A stretch of 58,396 bases of DNA, from the NCBI GenBank assembly GCA_964485215.1, contig CAZAIM010000001.1:1-58396 (forward strand), in the 5' to 3' direction. The translations under genes were made by a program, and so were the position numbers. This DNA comes from an uncultured Bacteroidaceae bacterium. GTDB taxonomy: Bacteria > Bacteroidota > Bacteroidia > Bacteroidales > Bacteroidaceae. Shown piece by piece: positions 43,690 to 52,626 of the stretch. The notes under the pieces were generated by a model that worked only from the letters and a program-made list of their open reading frames with translations, did no database searches and was not told where the DNA came from. Positions within the stretch are counted from its first letter, which is position 1. Every line of letters begins with the position of its first letter.

Positions 43690-46600
43690 TCAATTATTGT
43701 CCCCGGCTGTTACAGGGATTCTCTCTATTGTATTGCCGGCATTGTCGACCTTGAGCATATTTCCATCCTCAACAACATATTCGTATGTAGCATTGTCATC
43801 TGCATCCAATACTACCTGGATGAGCATACCCTCACTGTTGACAAGCATCTTTTCCTCGCCTTTGAGTACCAGAGCCTCACGTGTAAGGCTTGAATTCCAG
43901 TTCTCGTCGCTCTCGCTTAATGGAGTCATAAGGTATCCGGCACGCATAACGCGCTCAACACCGCTAAGGTCGGTCATTGTTATGTTGCCATAGTCTGCAA
44001 CAAGATACTTGCCGTCGACAGCTCCATTGGCACCGCCGGCAACAGTCATTGTGTCGACAAGTTCACCGGTAGACGCATAACGGCACACACGTTTGTCGTA
44101 ACCGAATACTGCATCGGTGAGAAGAACGCGGTCGATAGGCTGTATTACAGCAAATGAAGAGCTTTCGATTGACGATGGTTTGTTGGCCACAGCCTTGAAT
44201 GTGATGTCACGGCACATGATATTCCATGTCTTGCCCTCTTCGCCGGGCTTCTGGATTCTTGCCCAGTTTTCTGTATCATCATATTCGGTAACGTGGTCCT
44301 TAACCATAATGGTGCTATTGTCCGGGGTACTTCTTACAACAGTCTCGTAGAAACGTCCGGTCTTGTCATTTATCACACAGCTTGCAAAATTAGCCTCTGT
44401 GTACGGGGCACCCTCCGGAGACGGTATAGAGAACGCGTTATTGTCAACATATACCGAGTTGTCCTGGAAGTGATAACGGATGAAACGGTTCATAAGACGC
44501 ACAAGCGAAGCTGCCTTCAATGGCTCATCGGCTGCAATTTCGTTAATCTCTTCCCAGGTAGGAAGGCCACGGTCATACATAGCCTGTATTGAACTGTTCG
44601 AAGGAGCGTATACTGTATAATGGAACACGTTGAAGAAAGGTACAATATTCTTTGCAGTACCATCGGCAATACCTGCAGTATTGGTTGGTGTGTAGAATAT
44701 TGAATAGAGTTCCAAAGAATCCTTGTCTACACGGCCGTTTGTCTTGGCAAAGAGAGTCTGCATTACATTCAAGAACTCCGGGTGGTTACAGAGGTTGAAG
44801 AATTCATAGAAAAGGTCTCCCTCTTCCCTTGCATTGGCCTCAAGGTTGTCATATACTGACTTTGTCGGAGGCGTGGGGATACTTGACAAAATGCGCTTAG
44901 TGTTCTCATTCTCAACAGGAACAGTTGAATATGTAACACCGTTCTTCTGGTTGTACTCTTTGGCCGATACAATCTCAAGGCCTGCTTCAATCTGCTCACC
45001 ACCGTAGAACTTCACTACATCGGGGTTGCTTGCATCAACCTTTATAGTACCGTAGCCCTTGGTCTGGTAGTACTTGTTGCCTGACTCTACATTATCTACT
45101 ATAATAAGGTATTCCATCAGATCCTTGAAGATTGAAGCTGACGAACTGGCCTTAGCAACATCCTTGGATGCTGTTGCCTCAAAGTACTTCTTTGGTGTAA
45201 GAGTGTCAACAATCTCGTATGTACGGGGGTCAAACTCATAGACATCGGCCCAAAGCTCTACCTTGCCGTTGCCCTTAGGACGGTCGGCATTGTAGTGGAA
45301 CGAATAGACCTTAGGCTCATCGGTAGTGAATGTTGCCGGGTCGTAGTAAACGAAATATTTGTCATCGGGGACAATAAAGCTATACTCAGCCTGCATTGCA
45401 AGCAAGTAGTAGTTGTAGTCGAAGTCGCTGATTGCCCTACGCATTATGAGCATGTTCTCAAATACGAGGGTCGGAGCAGAAACTGACTGGAACTCTGCCG
45501 GGCCGAATACGTTATTCAATATATAAATAACACCGTTGTTTGCAATAACACACTCGTCCACGTGGTGCTTCTCAATACCCATTACATCATTAGCATCGTC
45601 TGTAATCTTGTCAAACTTGCTAAGTACTGTACCCGAGAAGGTTGCCTTCATTAAGTTGTTAAGGAAAGGAACGATATTTGTCTCGGGAACGCTGTCGAGA
45701 GCCTCAAGCAGTGTTGGTATATCCTTAACCTGCACGTTTGGAGCAAAATGCTTCAGGAGGAAGTTTCCAGCACCGTTCTCGTCGGCAAAATACTGATACA
45801 TAACCTCGTCGTTAGGAACGAACATCGCAGCCATATCGCGCTCTTTTGAAAGGCTGTTCGCATAGGCATTCCATCCCGGGTCATAGTTCAGGAGCTCGCC
45901 CTGAACAGGGTTGCTTGCAGTTGAAGCAAAGCCGCTGTAGGTAGTAAAGTCCTTGGTAAAGTAACGCAGACGGAAGATTGAGTCGTTGGTCTTGTAGATG
46001 CTCTGGTAATCTGCTGTCAGAGATGCATCGTAAACCGGAATGCAGAAACGGTCGAGCAGGTGACTGAAGACCTTGGTATCCTTGTGGTTTCTAAGTTCTT
46101 CTGCCATGTTTGACGGCGGAAGGAGGACACCATCGAGACGGTAGATATATCCGTTCTTGCAGGTAATGGTCAAAGTATCGTCGGAGATGCTGCTTGCATC
46201 AACGCCACTTGAGACAATCTTCTTGTCAAAGACAAGCACTTCGTCGTCGGTGTATGTATTGGTCAATGTACCGTTCTTGGTGAAGAGGAACTCAATATCC
46301 TCGGCCTCGATAGCATTGTTCTTTAGATAATCATAAAGGAAGTGAACCATCATAGGCCTTGTACCATCCTTGGCAATGCGCAGTTTCTCGTTTCTCTCCT
46401 TGCCGCGCAGAGCATCCCAGTACTTGTTGTAGGTAGGCATCTCGGCACCCTCTACAAGAGGTATTGTATCGATGACCGATGCCGATGTCTCACGGCGCAT
46501 GCATGAGCCCTCATTGCCGGTACCGGTACCTGAACTTGAGAGCATGTCGAGCAGCATGGCATTGTCGAGCATTGCGCTATAAAGAATCATCTTCATTTGC

Positions 46601-46947
46601 GCCTTTGTCATATCACCGACCGACTTTACACCCCAAGGATTGTTCTCAAAGAACTTCTCGAATGCAGCATCGTCAGCTACAAAAAGAGTTTTGCTACCGG
46701 TATGAGCAAGCGTCTCAGTCTCACCCAAACTGTCAATTATGGCAACAAAATTGTTGTATGTGTGCTCAGCGGTACCCTTCTTGAGGAAGTCGTACACACT
46801 TGCACCCAACCACTCCGGATCTCCCGAATCGTCGTAAGGATAATCATCCAGCATATCCTGACACGACTGCAGAGAACCGCCCACAAACAGCATACACATC
46901 GCAAAAAGCGATGCCTTGCCAAATTTACTTAAACGGTGTTTAAACAT
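43690..46947 (-). CDS. large multi-FAS1 (fasciclin) domain surface lipoprotein
   Basis: The lipobox is GGSLQSCQD. FAS1-type motif pairs recur: KTLFVADDAAFEKFF / NGYIYRLDGVLLPP, AAMFVPNDEVM / NNGVIYILNNVFGP, and YTVYAPSNSSIQ / FAVIQPIDRVLL. It is the first gene of the locus. Confidence 0.65.
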   Translation of the reverse strand: MFKHRLSKFGKASLFAMCMLFVGGSLQSCQDMLDDYPYDDSGDPEWLGASVYDFLKKGTAEHTYNNFVAIIDSLGETETLAHTGSKTLFVADDAAFEKFFENNPWGVKSVGDMTKAQMKMILYSAMLDNAMLLDMLSSSGTGTGNEGSCMRRETSASVIDTIPLVEGAEMPTYNKYWDALRGKERNEKLRIAKDGTRPMMVHFLYDYLKNNAIEAEDIEFLFTKNGTLTNTYTDDEVLVFDKKIVSSGVDASSISDDTLTITCKNGYIYRLDGVLLPPSNMAEELRNHKDTKVFSHLLDRFCIPVYDASLTADYQSIYKTNDSIFRLRYFTKDFTTYSGFASTASNPVQGELLNYDPGWNAYANSLSKERDMAAMFVPNDEVMYQYFADENGAGNFLLKHFAPNVQVKDIPTLLEALDSVPETNIVPFLNNLMKATFSGTVLSKFDKITDDANDVMGIEKHHVDECVIANNGVIYILNNVFGPAEFQSVSAPTLVFENMLIMRRAISDFDYNYYLLAMQAEYSFIVPDDKYFVYYDPATFTTDEPKVYSFHYNADRPKGNGKVELWADVYEFDPRTYEIVDTLTPKKYFEATASKDVAKASSSASIFKDLMEYLIIVDNVESGNKYYQTKGYGTIKVDASNPDVVKFYGGEQIEAGLEIVSAKEYNQKNGVTYSTVPVENENTKRILSSIPTPPTKSVYDNLEANAREEGDLFYEFFNLCNHPEFLNVMQTLFAKTNGRVDKDSLELYSIFYTPTNTAGIADGTAKNIVPFFNVFHYTVYAPSNSSIQAMYDRGLPTWEEINEIAADEPLKAASLVRLMNRFIRYHFQDNSVYVDNNAFSIPSPEGAPYTEANFASCVINDKTGRFYETVVRSTPDNSTIMVKDHVTEYDDTENWARIQKPGEEGKTWNIMCRDITFKAVANKPSSIESSSFAVIQPIDRVLLTDAVFGYDKRVCRYASTGELVDTMTVAGGANGAVDGKYLVADYGNITMTDLSGVERVMRAGYLMTPLSESDENWNSSLTREALVLKGEEKMLVNSEGMLIQVVLDADDNATYEYVVEDGNMLKVDNAGNTIERIPVTAGDNN

Positions 46948-46979
46948 AAGTACAAAAATTATTAATTATTATTTTTTCG

Positions 46980-47174
46980 TTTTTTTTAATTTTTCGCATA
47001 GGGATGCAATACACCCTTTGATAACGTGCAAAAATAAGACTTTTCAATAAATATTTGCATAAATCCTCTTTTTTTTTCGTACTAGAGCCGTTTTTTTTTT
47101 AATTAGCAAAAAAAATAACCAAAATATTCTTGAAAAAAAAACAAATTGGGGAAAAAAAGGGATTTTTTTTTTTT
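46980..47174. repeat. cluster of long A/T homopolymer tracts (T8, T9, T10, A8, A9, A7, T12)
   Basis: Counted directly on the plus strand: T8 46980-46987, T9 47069-47077, T10 47091-47100, A8 47108-47115, A9 47133-47141, A7 47152-47158, T12 47163-47174. All lie in the 246-bp spacer between two minus-strand genes. Confidence 0.9.
47029..47036 (-). promoter_or_regulatory. candidate -7 box (TATTTTTG) for the fasciclin/SusCD locus
   Basis: The reverse complement of CAAAAATA matches TAnnTTTG. It lies 82 nt upstream of ATG 46947, embedded in the homopolymer-rich spacer. Confidence 0.35.
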
Positions 47175-47193
47175 AACAGTAAAATGTTAATCT

Positions 47194-48696
47194 TTACTTT
47201 ACACTGCTCGAATATTTAACTTTTATACTATCGCCTTTTATTACCTCGGCAAACTCCTGCGGAGAGATTCTTACCGGCTCGACCATAAACTCCGGAACAT
47301 TGTAGGAACGGTCGAAGAAGTCATAGAAATCTGCACTCTTCTGCGGAAGCAGGAATGCCTTTGAAGCAGTTCCGTCGGCGTTGACATGGGCTATGTAGAG
47401 ACGGCTGTAATTGGTATCGTCCCTGCGGCTGGCAAACAGTATCCACTTGCCATTGCTGCTCCAGGCATGGTAGCTCTCGGGGAACTCGGAGTTTGCAGCC
47501 TCAAGAGGCCAAAAGTCTCCGGTTGCAAGTTCCAGAAGATAGAGGTCGGCATCCCTGTGCCATATGTGGAAGCAGCCGTACTCTCCTAAAGCGAAAAGCA
47601 TGAATCTTCCATCGGGAGATATTCTCGGAAATGTCGCGCTTTTGCCAAGTGCCGTAGCCTTGAACACTGTGTCCGCTTCACTGAACTCACCCGTTTCGGG
47701 ATTCCAGGAGCGTTTCAGCACATCATACTTTATATCCTTGTAGTTCATAATCATATTCGCCTCACGGGTCATCGTTGTATCGACCCATGGGAAGTCCGAC
47801 GAACAATAGTAGAGTGTCTTTCCGTCGGGGGCCCATGCCGGAAACACCTCAAGCTTGTCCGGTTCATCTGCCACATGGGTCACAGTCTCCTTCACCGGAT
47901 TATATACAATGATGTCGCTGTACTTGTCCTGTACCTCAACCTTGTTGCTGTTCACGGTATGGAATATCTGCCCGGTATTATTCACCGAGTAGGCCACTAT
48001 GTCATATTTGGGATTGAACGAAGGATATACTCCGGCCGAGATTGTAGAATCGGTCTTCATATCAAGTTTCTTTGCCTTACCTTCGTGTACAAAAACCGTA
48101 CCGCCATTATGCTGACGGACGTGGAACTGCATATTGTCGGTTCTGTAGTTCTTGTAGGCGTGGCAGTTTATGCACTGTCCCTGCGGCTCGGCCGATGCAA
48201 GCATATTGTTGTATATAATCTCCTCGTCATAATTTGTGAGGTTTCGCTGGCTGATGCTCAGTTTCTCATATGCAACATACGATGGCGGTATCAGACGATA
48301 GGAGATATATGGGTCAATGGAATCGGGCGATACGTTAAAGAGGAAAGAGGCATACTTGCTCCATGCCGCATCCTTCTCGACGAAGACATCCACGGTAATT
48401 GCACTGCCGGTTCCTGCGGCAAGCAGAGCACGCCACTCCTCAATGGGCACAGAGACCTCGCGCCCGGCAACCACAACCTCCTCGCCGCCTGCCGCAAGAC
48501 GGGTAACGAAATCATCGCCCTCCTCTTCTATGCGGAATGTCAGTGGTGCAATGTTGCAAGGGAGTGTAACATCGGCATAAGAGGGATATATCGCCGGCCG
48601 CTCTTCCACCTTCGAATACTCTTCGGGAAGCGTCACGGAACAGGAGAGCATTGCTGCAGAAAGCAGCAAGAAGAGATATTTTGTTATATTTCTCAT
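47194..48696 (-). CDS. TolB-like PD40 beta-propeller lipoprotein with a single CxxCH motif
   Basis: The lipobox is AAMLSCS. CINCH occurs at GQCINCHAY. PD40-type repeats are present: PAWAPDGKTLYYCS, FPRISPDGRFMLFA, AWSSNGKWILFASRRDD. Confidence 0.6.
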   Translation of the reverse strand: MRNITKYLFLLLSAAMLSCSVTLPEEYSKVEERPAIYPSYADVTLPCNIAPLTFRIEEEGDDFVTRLAAGGEEVVVAGREVSVPIEEWRALLAAGTGSAITVDVFVEKDAAWSKYASFLFNVSPDSIDPYISYRLIPPSYVAYEKLSISQRNLTNYDEEIIYNNMLASAEPQGQCINCHAYKNYRTDNMQFHVRQHNGGTVFVHEGKAKKLDMKTDSTISAGVYPSFNPKYDIVAYSVNNTGQIFHTVNSNKVEVQDKYSDIIVYNPVKETVTHVADEPDKLEVFPAWAPDGKTLYYCSSDFPWVDTTMTREANMIMNYKDIKYDVLKRSWNPETGEFSEADTVFKATALGKSATFPRISPDGRFMLFALGEYGCFHIWHRDADLYLLELATGDFWPLEAANSEFPESYHAWSSNGKWILFASRRDDTNYSRLYIAHVNADGTASKAFLLPQKSADFYDFFDRSYNVPEFMVEPVRISPQEFAEVIKGDSIKVKYSSSVK

Positions 48697-48727
48697 ACTT
48701 GGGAACTGTTTGGATTTCTAAAAAATA

Positions 48728-50815
48728 TCAGTTAGTCCTTATTTTGCGCACGAAATAGAAATAGTAATAATATGTATCACCATAATCATAACTGAAATGG
48801 GACGACAGATAAAGTTCACTGCTCTTGCGGCCTGCATTGGGTCCTTCGGACGGCACTTCGGGGAAAGCCCTCCTGAATGGAGCATTGATACCGTTGAAGA
48901 GTGCTACCTTTTCCATAAACAGCCTGAAGCGATCCTTTGCCGGCTGAGAAATGAAATAGGCTTCGAAATGTCTCTCAAGCTCATCGACGTTCACAATGCG
49001 CTGGGCTGGCGGTTTCTGCAGTTCGAGCTGCTTGAACAGCAGATATGCCTCCTGGTAATGTACCGGCAGCTTGCGCTTTGGCCTTTTATTCGAATCGTGA
49101 GGTATACACTTGACTATATACTGGTTGAGAAGCCTCCAGAAAGCGGTTCTGTCCTTCTTTATCAGCGCAACCGTCAACGAAGTCTCGGCATACTCAGGAG
49201 AAGGCTCCTCGGGCATATACATAAGGTTCTTGGTAAGGTATGCTTCAACAAAGGAATCGTCCACATCGAGAGCATCATCATAGCATGCCATCTGCATAGG
49301 CTGCCCGAAAGCAGGCTCTTTTGCTATAAGGCTCGGATTGTCGATATACTTTTCCATTTCATTTGCCCATGCACTATGGAACATTGTACTCTTGAGAATA
49401 TTCAGATACCTTTGCGCCAAGGTATGCTCTCCCGAGAGCAGCAAGGAGCGAGCGGCGTGCTTCAGGTATTCAATGCGCCAGCCATACTCGACAGCATCCT
49501 CCATACACCAACGATAGCAGAAATTGAACTTTCCATATTGATAATAGAGCATCTTGCCACCTGTCTGGGTGAGGTGAACCGCCATAGGCGAGAGTATTTC
49601 GGCACTGCCATCGGGATAGCTGAACATTTCGTCACCGGCCTTGCCCAAACGCAGCAAAGCCATGTTCTTGTTCAGGATAATCTGCCTTGTAGGCTCCTCT
49701 GCATCCATTGCATATTCAGCAACAGCCTCCCAATCCTCGGCCCACATCGCACAATTCTGCTTGTTCTCAATTCTGAAGTTCTGATCCCTGTACCAATAGA
49801 AATAGAGCAGCAGCAGTGCGAAAAGTGGCACGGCTACCACCGTAACAGCGGGAAGCATCCTCCTGACGGCCAGTTTTCTGCGGAACATTGCCAGCAATGG
49901 ATACAATAGGAATATTGCCAGAAGCAGATAGAACGGCACCCAATAGAAATCTATGTTATGCCAATAGGACGACACCTCGTGAGTCACTTTTGCCACATAT
50001 TCCTGTGTCCACTGGTACACGGGAGTTCCTACAGCATAGATAATATCGCTTGCAACCGTAGCATAATAATCATAATAGATGCCCGGTACAATATAAACCG
50101 CCACGAATGCAGCCAGAGCCACAGCCGCCGAAAGAAGATAGCCTTGACGCTTCTGCACAGATAGAGAAACAGCAAGCAGAGCCATAACAACCGCCGATGC
50201 AAGCGCGTAGACTCCAAACAGAGGATAGCCGGCAATAACCCACAGCACAACAAACGGCAGACGCAGCAGTGCCGGCATCTTCCTGAATGCCCACAGGGCA
50301 AAGAGAGAGAACAAGACACCAAGCAACGCCACATAGTAATAGCCGGGCAACTTAAGATAGAATATCCAGTAGCCCAGCTGAGCATTGGAGGCAACTATCG
50401 CGAGCACTGGCAAAAGTGCTGCGAAGGAATACCTCTTGGAGATATTGAACACCTTGATAGTCAGCACATAGACCAGAAGCAGAAGGAGCACATATATTGC
50501 TGCACCCAACGCCGGTATATGGAAGAACTGCACAAGGAAACTTCCTATATATGAGAGGAAGCCTGCCGGAACTGACATCATCTCGTTGAAGTATGTCTCG
50601 TCGAAAAGGAATACCGAAAGTTCCTCCACCCTTTGCAAAAGAGCCGGCTCGAAGATTACCAATGCCAGCCACAGCAGCGGAAAGAAAAGCAGGGAGATTA
50701 TACCGGAGCTTTCCGAAAGAGAGAGCAACAGCCTTTTCAAGGCAACGATGCGCGATTCTCCAACCGCCTTGCCACTAATCGGTGCCTCTGCCTTTTTCTT
50801 GTTTGTCTTGTTCAT
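48728..50815 (-). CDS. large polytopic membrane protein with C-terminal helical soluble domain (DUF6057-like, function unknown)
   Basis: 695 aa. About 10 hydrophobic helices fill the first ~340 aa, followed by a ~350-aa alpha-helical/TPR-like region. The gene ends 32 nt upstream of the PD40 gene. The family name is from memory only. Confidence 0.5.
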   Translation of the reverse strand: MNKTNKKKAEAPISGKAVGESRIVALKRLLLSLSESSGIISLLFFPLLWLALVIFEPALLQRVEELSVFLFDETYFNEMMSVPAGFLSYIGSFLVQFFHIPALGAAIYVLLLLLVYVLTIKVFNISKRYSFAALLPVLAIVASNAQLGYWIFYLKLPGYYYVALLGVLFSLFALWAFRKMPALLRLPFVVLWVIAGYPLFGVYALASAVVMALLAVSLSVQKRQGYLLSAAVALAAFVAVYIVPGIYYDYYATVASDIIYAVGTPVYQWTQEYVAKVTHEVSSYWHNIDFYWVPFYLLLAIFLLYPLLAMFRRKLAVRRMLPAVTVVAVPLFALLLLYFYWYRDQNFRIENKQNCAMWAEDWEAVAEYAMDAEEPTRQIILNKNMALLRLGKAGDEMFSYPDGSAEILSPMAVHLTQTGGKMLYYQYGKFNFCYRWCMEDAVEYGWRIEYLKHAARSLLLSGEHTLAQRYLNILKSTMFHSAWANEMEKYIDNPSLIAKEPAFGQPMQMACYDDALDVDDSFVEAYLTKNLMYMPEEPSPEYAETSLTVALIKKDRTAFWRLLNQYIVKCIPHDSNKRPKRKLPVHYQEAYLLFKQLELQKPPAQRIVNVDELERHFEAYFISQPAKDRFRLFMEKVALFNGINAPFRRAFPEVPSEGPNAGRKSSELYLSSHFSYDYGDTYYYYFYFVRKIRTN

Positions 50816-50920
50816 AAAATAGAGTATGCTTTTTAAAGCAGTTTAAATTTCTTGTATTAATGTCTCCAAAGCTAATAAAACGAATCCTTGGTCTGTTCTT
50901 AACATTTCACTATTACCCGT

Positions 50921-52003
50921 TTACACGAAAAGCCCATGCGATGCCCTGTCGAGCAGATAGTGGTCGAGCAGCACAAGTGCGGTCATAGCCTCAACAACCG
51001 GCACTGCACGAGGAACCACACAGGGATCGTGTCTGCCACGCGCAAGCAACGTCGTCTCTTCACCCTCTTTCGTAACGGTAGGCTGCTCCATAAGGAGTGT
51101 AGCCACTGGTTTGAAGGCTACACGGAAGTATATATCGTTCCCGTTGGAAATACCCCCTTGTATTCCGCCGCTGTTATTGGAACGTGTAGCTATCTTGCCA
51201 TTATCGTTGTAGAATATATCATTCTGCTGTGAGCCGCGACTCGATGCCGCAGCAAAGCCATTGCCATATTCGAAGCCCTTGACTGCATTTATTGACATCA
51301 TTGCTGACGCAAGCGACGAAGTGAGCTTGCCGTAGAGCGGTTCACCAAGACCTAACGGAACACCCTGCGCCACACAGGTAACGACACCGCCCACCGTGTC
51401 TCCCAAACGCTTCACCTCCATTATCAGCTGCTCCATTTCTGCCGCCTTGCCGGCATCGGGGCAACGTACCGCATTCTGTTCGGCAGAAGAAAGGTCATAA
51501 CATGTGTAGTCGTCCTTAAGTTCTATCTCGCCGACTTGTGAAGTGAAGGCTTGCACTGTTATTCCCAGTTCCTTGAGCGCGAGTTTAGCCAGCGCACCGG
51601 CACACACTCGCACAGCCGTCTCGCGAGCCGAAGAACGCCCGCCACCTCTATGGTCGCGAACACCATACTTGCCCTGGTATACATAATCGGCATGCGACGG
51701 ACGGAAAGCCTCGCGCAAGTTATCGTAATCACTGCTACGGCTATTGCCATTAATTATCATGAAGGCGATTGGAGCACCTGTAGAACGTCCCTCAAAGACT
51801 CCGGAAAGGATACGAACCTCATCCTGCTCGTTGCGCGATGTGGTAATTGCGCTCTGCCCCGGACGGCGACGCTGCATCTCACTGCGTATAAAACTCTCAT
51901 CGATGACCACCCCTGAGGGATAGCCATCGACAACACCACCTATTGCAACTCCGTGAGATTCGCCAAAAGTGGTGAGACGAAGAAGCCTGCCAAAACTGTT
52001 CAT
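50921..52003 (-). CDS. aroC: chorismate synthase
   Basis: Motifs TFGESHG, RRRPGQS, SARETA.RV, GGISNG and GRHDPCV are present. The 360-aa length is canonical. Confidence 0.9.
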   Translation of the reverse strand: MNSFGRLLRLTTFGESHGVAIGGVVDGYPSGVVIDESFIRSEMQRRRPGQSAITTSRNEQDEVRILSGVFEGRSTGAPIAFMIINGNSRSSDYDNLREAFRPSHADYVYQGKYGVRDHRGGGRSSARETAVRVCAGALAKLALKELGITVQAFTSQVGEIELKDDYTCYDLSSAEQNAVRCPDAGKAAEMEQLIMEVKRLGDTVGGVVTCVAQGVPLGLGEPLYGKLTSSLASAMMSINAVKGFEYGNGFAAASSRGSQQNDIFYNDNGKIATRSNNSGGIQGGISNGNDIYFRVAFKPVATLLMEQPTVTKEGEETTLLARGRHDPCVVPRAVPVVEAMTALVLLDHYLLDRASHGLFV

Positions 52004-52048
52004 TGCTTTACTTGGCGATATAATTCAAAACAACTTCTTGATATTCCT

Positions 52049-52621
52049 TTAATGACAACAGCCGCTGTCGCATCCACCGTCGTTGCAGCCTCCTCCGCAA
52101 CCGCTGCAACCGCCGCTGCAACTGCATGAGGCCTTCAGCGAATCGTAGAATTTCTTCATTTCGGCCTCTGTCGCAGGACGTGCCTCCACTACACTGCCCA
52201 TGAACTGAAGGTCGCAGCCTGCAAGCGGATGGTTAAAGTCCATCACCACCTTCAGCGGAGTAACCTCCTTTACTGTTCCAAGTATAGGCGAGCCGTCGGC
52301 ACGCATCATCTCAACGACATTGCCTGCATAGATGTGGGCAGAATCGAACTTGCCGTCAATAGTAAACACTTCGCGGTCAAAGTCCTGCACGTGGTCCGGG
52401 TCATAATCGCCGTATGCATCGGCCGAAGGGATTGTGAAATCAAACGTATCACCCTTCTCCAAATCTTTAAGATTCTCCTCAAACGCATCGAGAGTATACC
52501 CTACACCTGTAAGGAAAGCGAAAGGCTGTTCACGTGTTGTCTTCTCAACCTCTTCACTCTCACCGTTGCGGTGCGAAACAAGCGTGTATGCCACGCGCAG
52601 ATATTTGTTTGTCATCTCCAT
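52049..52621 (-). CDS. slyD: SlyD-like FKBP-type peptidyl-prolyl isomerase with Cys-rich metal-binding tail
   Basis: An FKBP core is split by an insert-in-flap region (FDFTIPSADAYGDYD.....GTVKEVT...V.MDFNHPLAG..L.F.G.V). The C-terminus is SCSCSGGCSGCGGGCNDGGCDSGCCH. Confidence 0.8.
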   Translation of the reverse strand: MEMTNKYLRVAYTLVSHRNGESEEVEKTTREQPFAFLTGVGYTLDAFEENLKDLEKGDTFDFTIPSADAYGDYDPDHVQDFDREVFTIDGKFDSAHIYAGNVVEMMRADGSPILGTVKEVTPLKVVMDFNHPLAGCDLQFMGSVVEARPATEAEMKKFYDSLKASCSCSGGCSGCGGGCNDGGCDSGCCH

Positions 52622-52626
52622 TTTAT

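Noticed and set aside
47875-48735. 286-aa plus-strand ORF antisense to the PD40 lipoprotein gene
   Set aside because: It is a shadow ORF with no motifs, whereas the opposite frame carries PD40 repeats and a lipobox.
48797-49909. 370-aa plus-strand ORF antisense to the polytopic membrane protein gene
   Set aside because: It is long but lies entirely within a 695-aa minus-strand ORF that has coherent TM-helix periodicity. The plus-strand product has neither TM pattern nor domain motifs.
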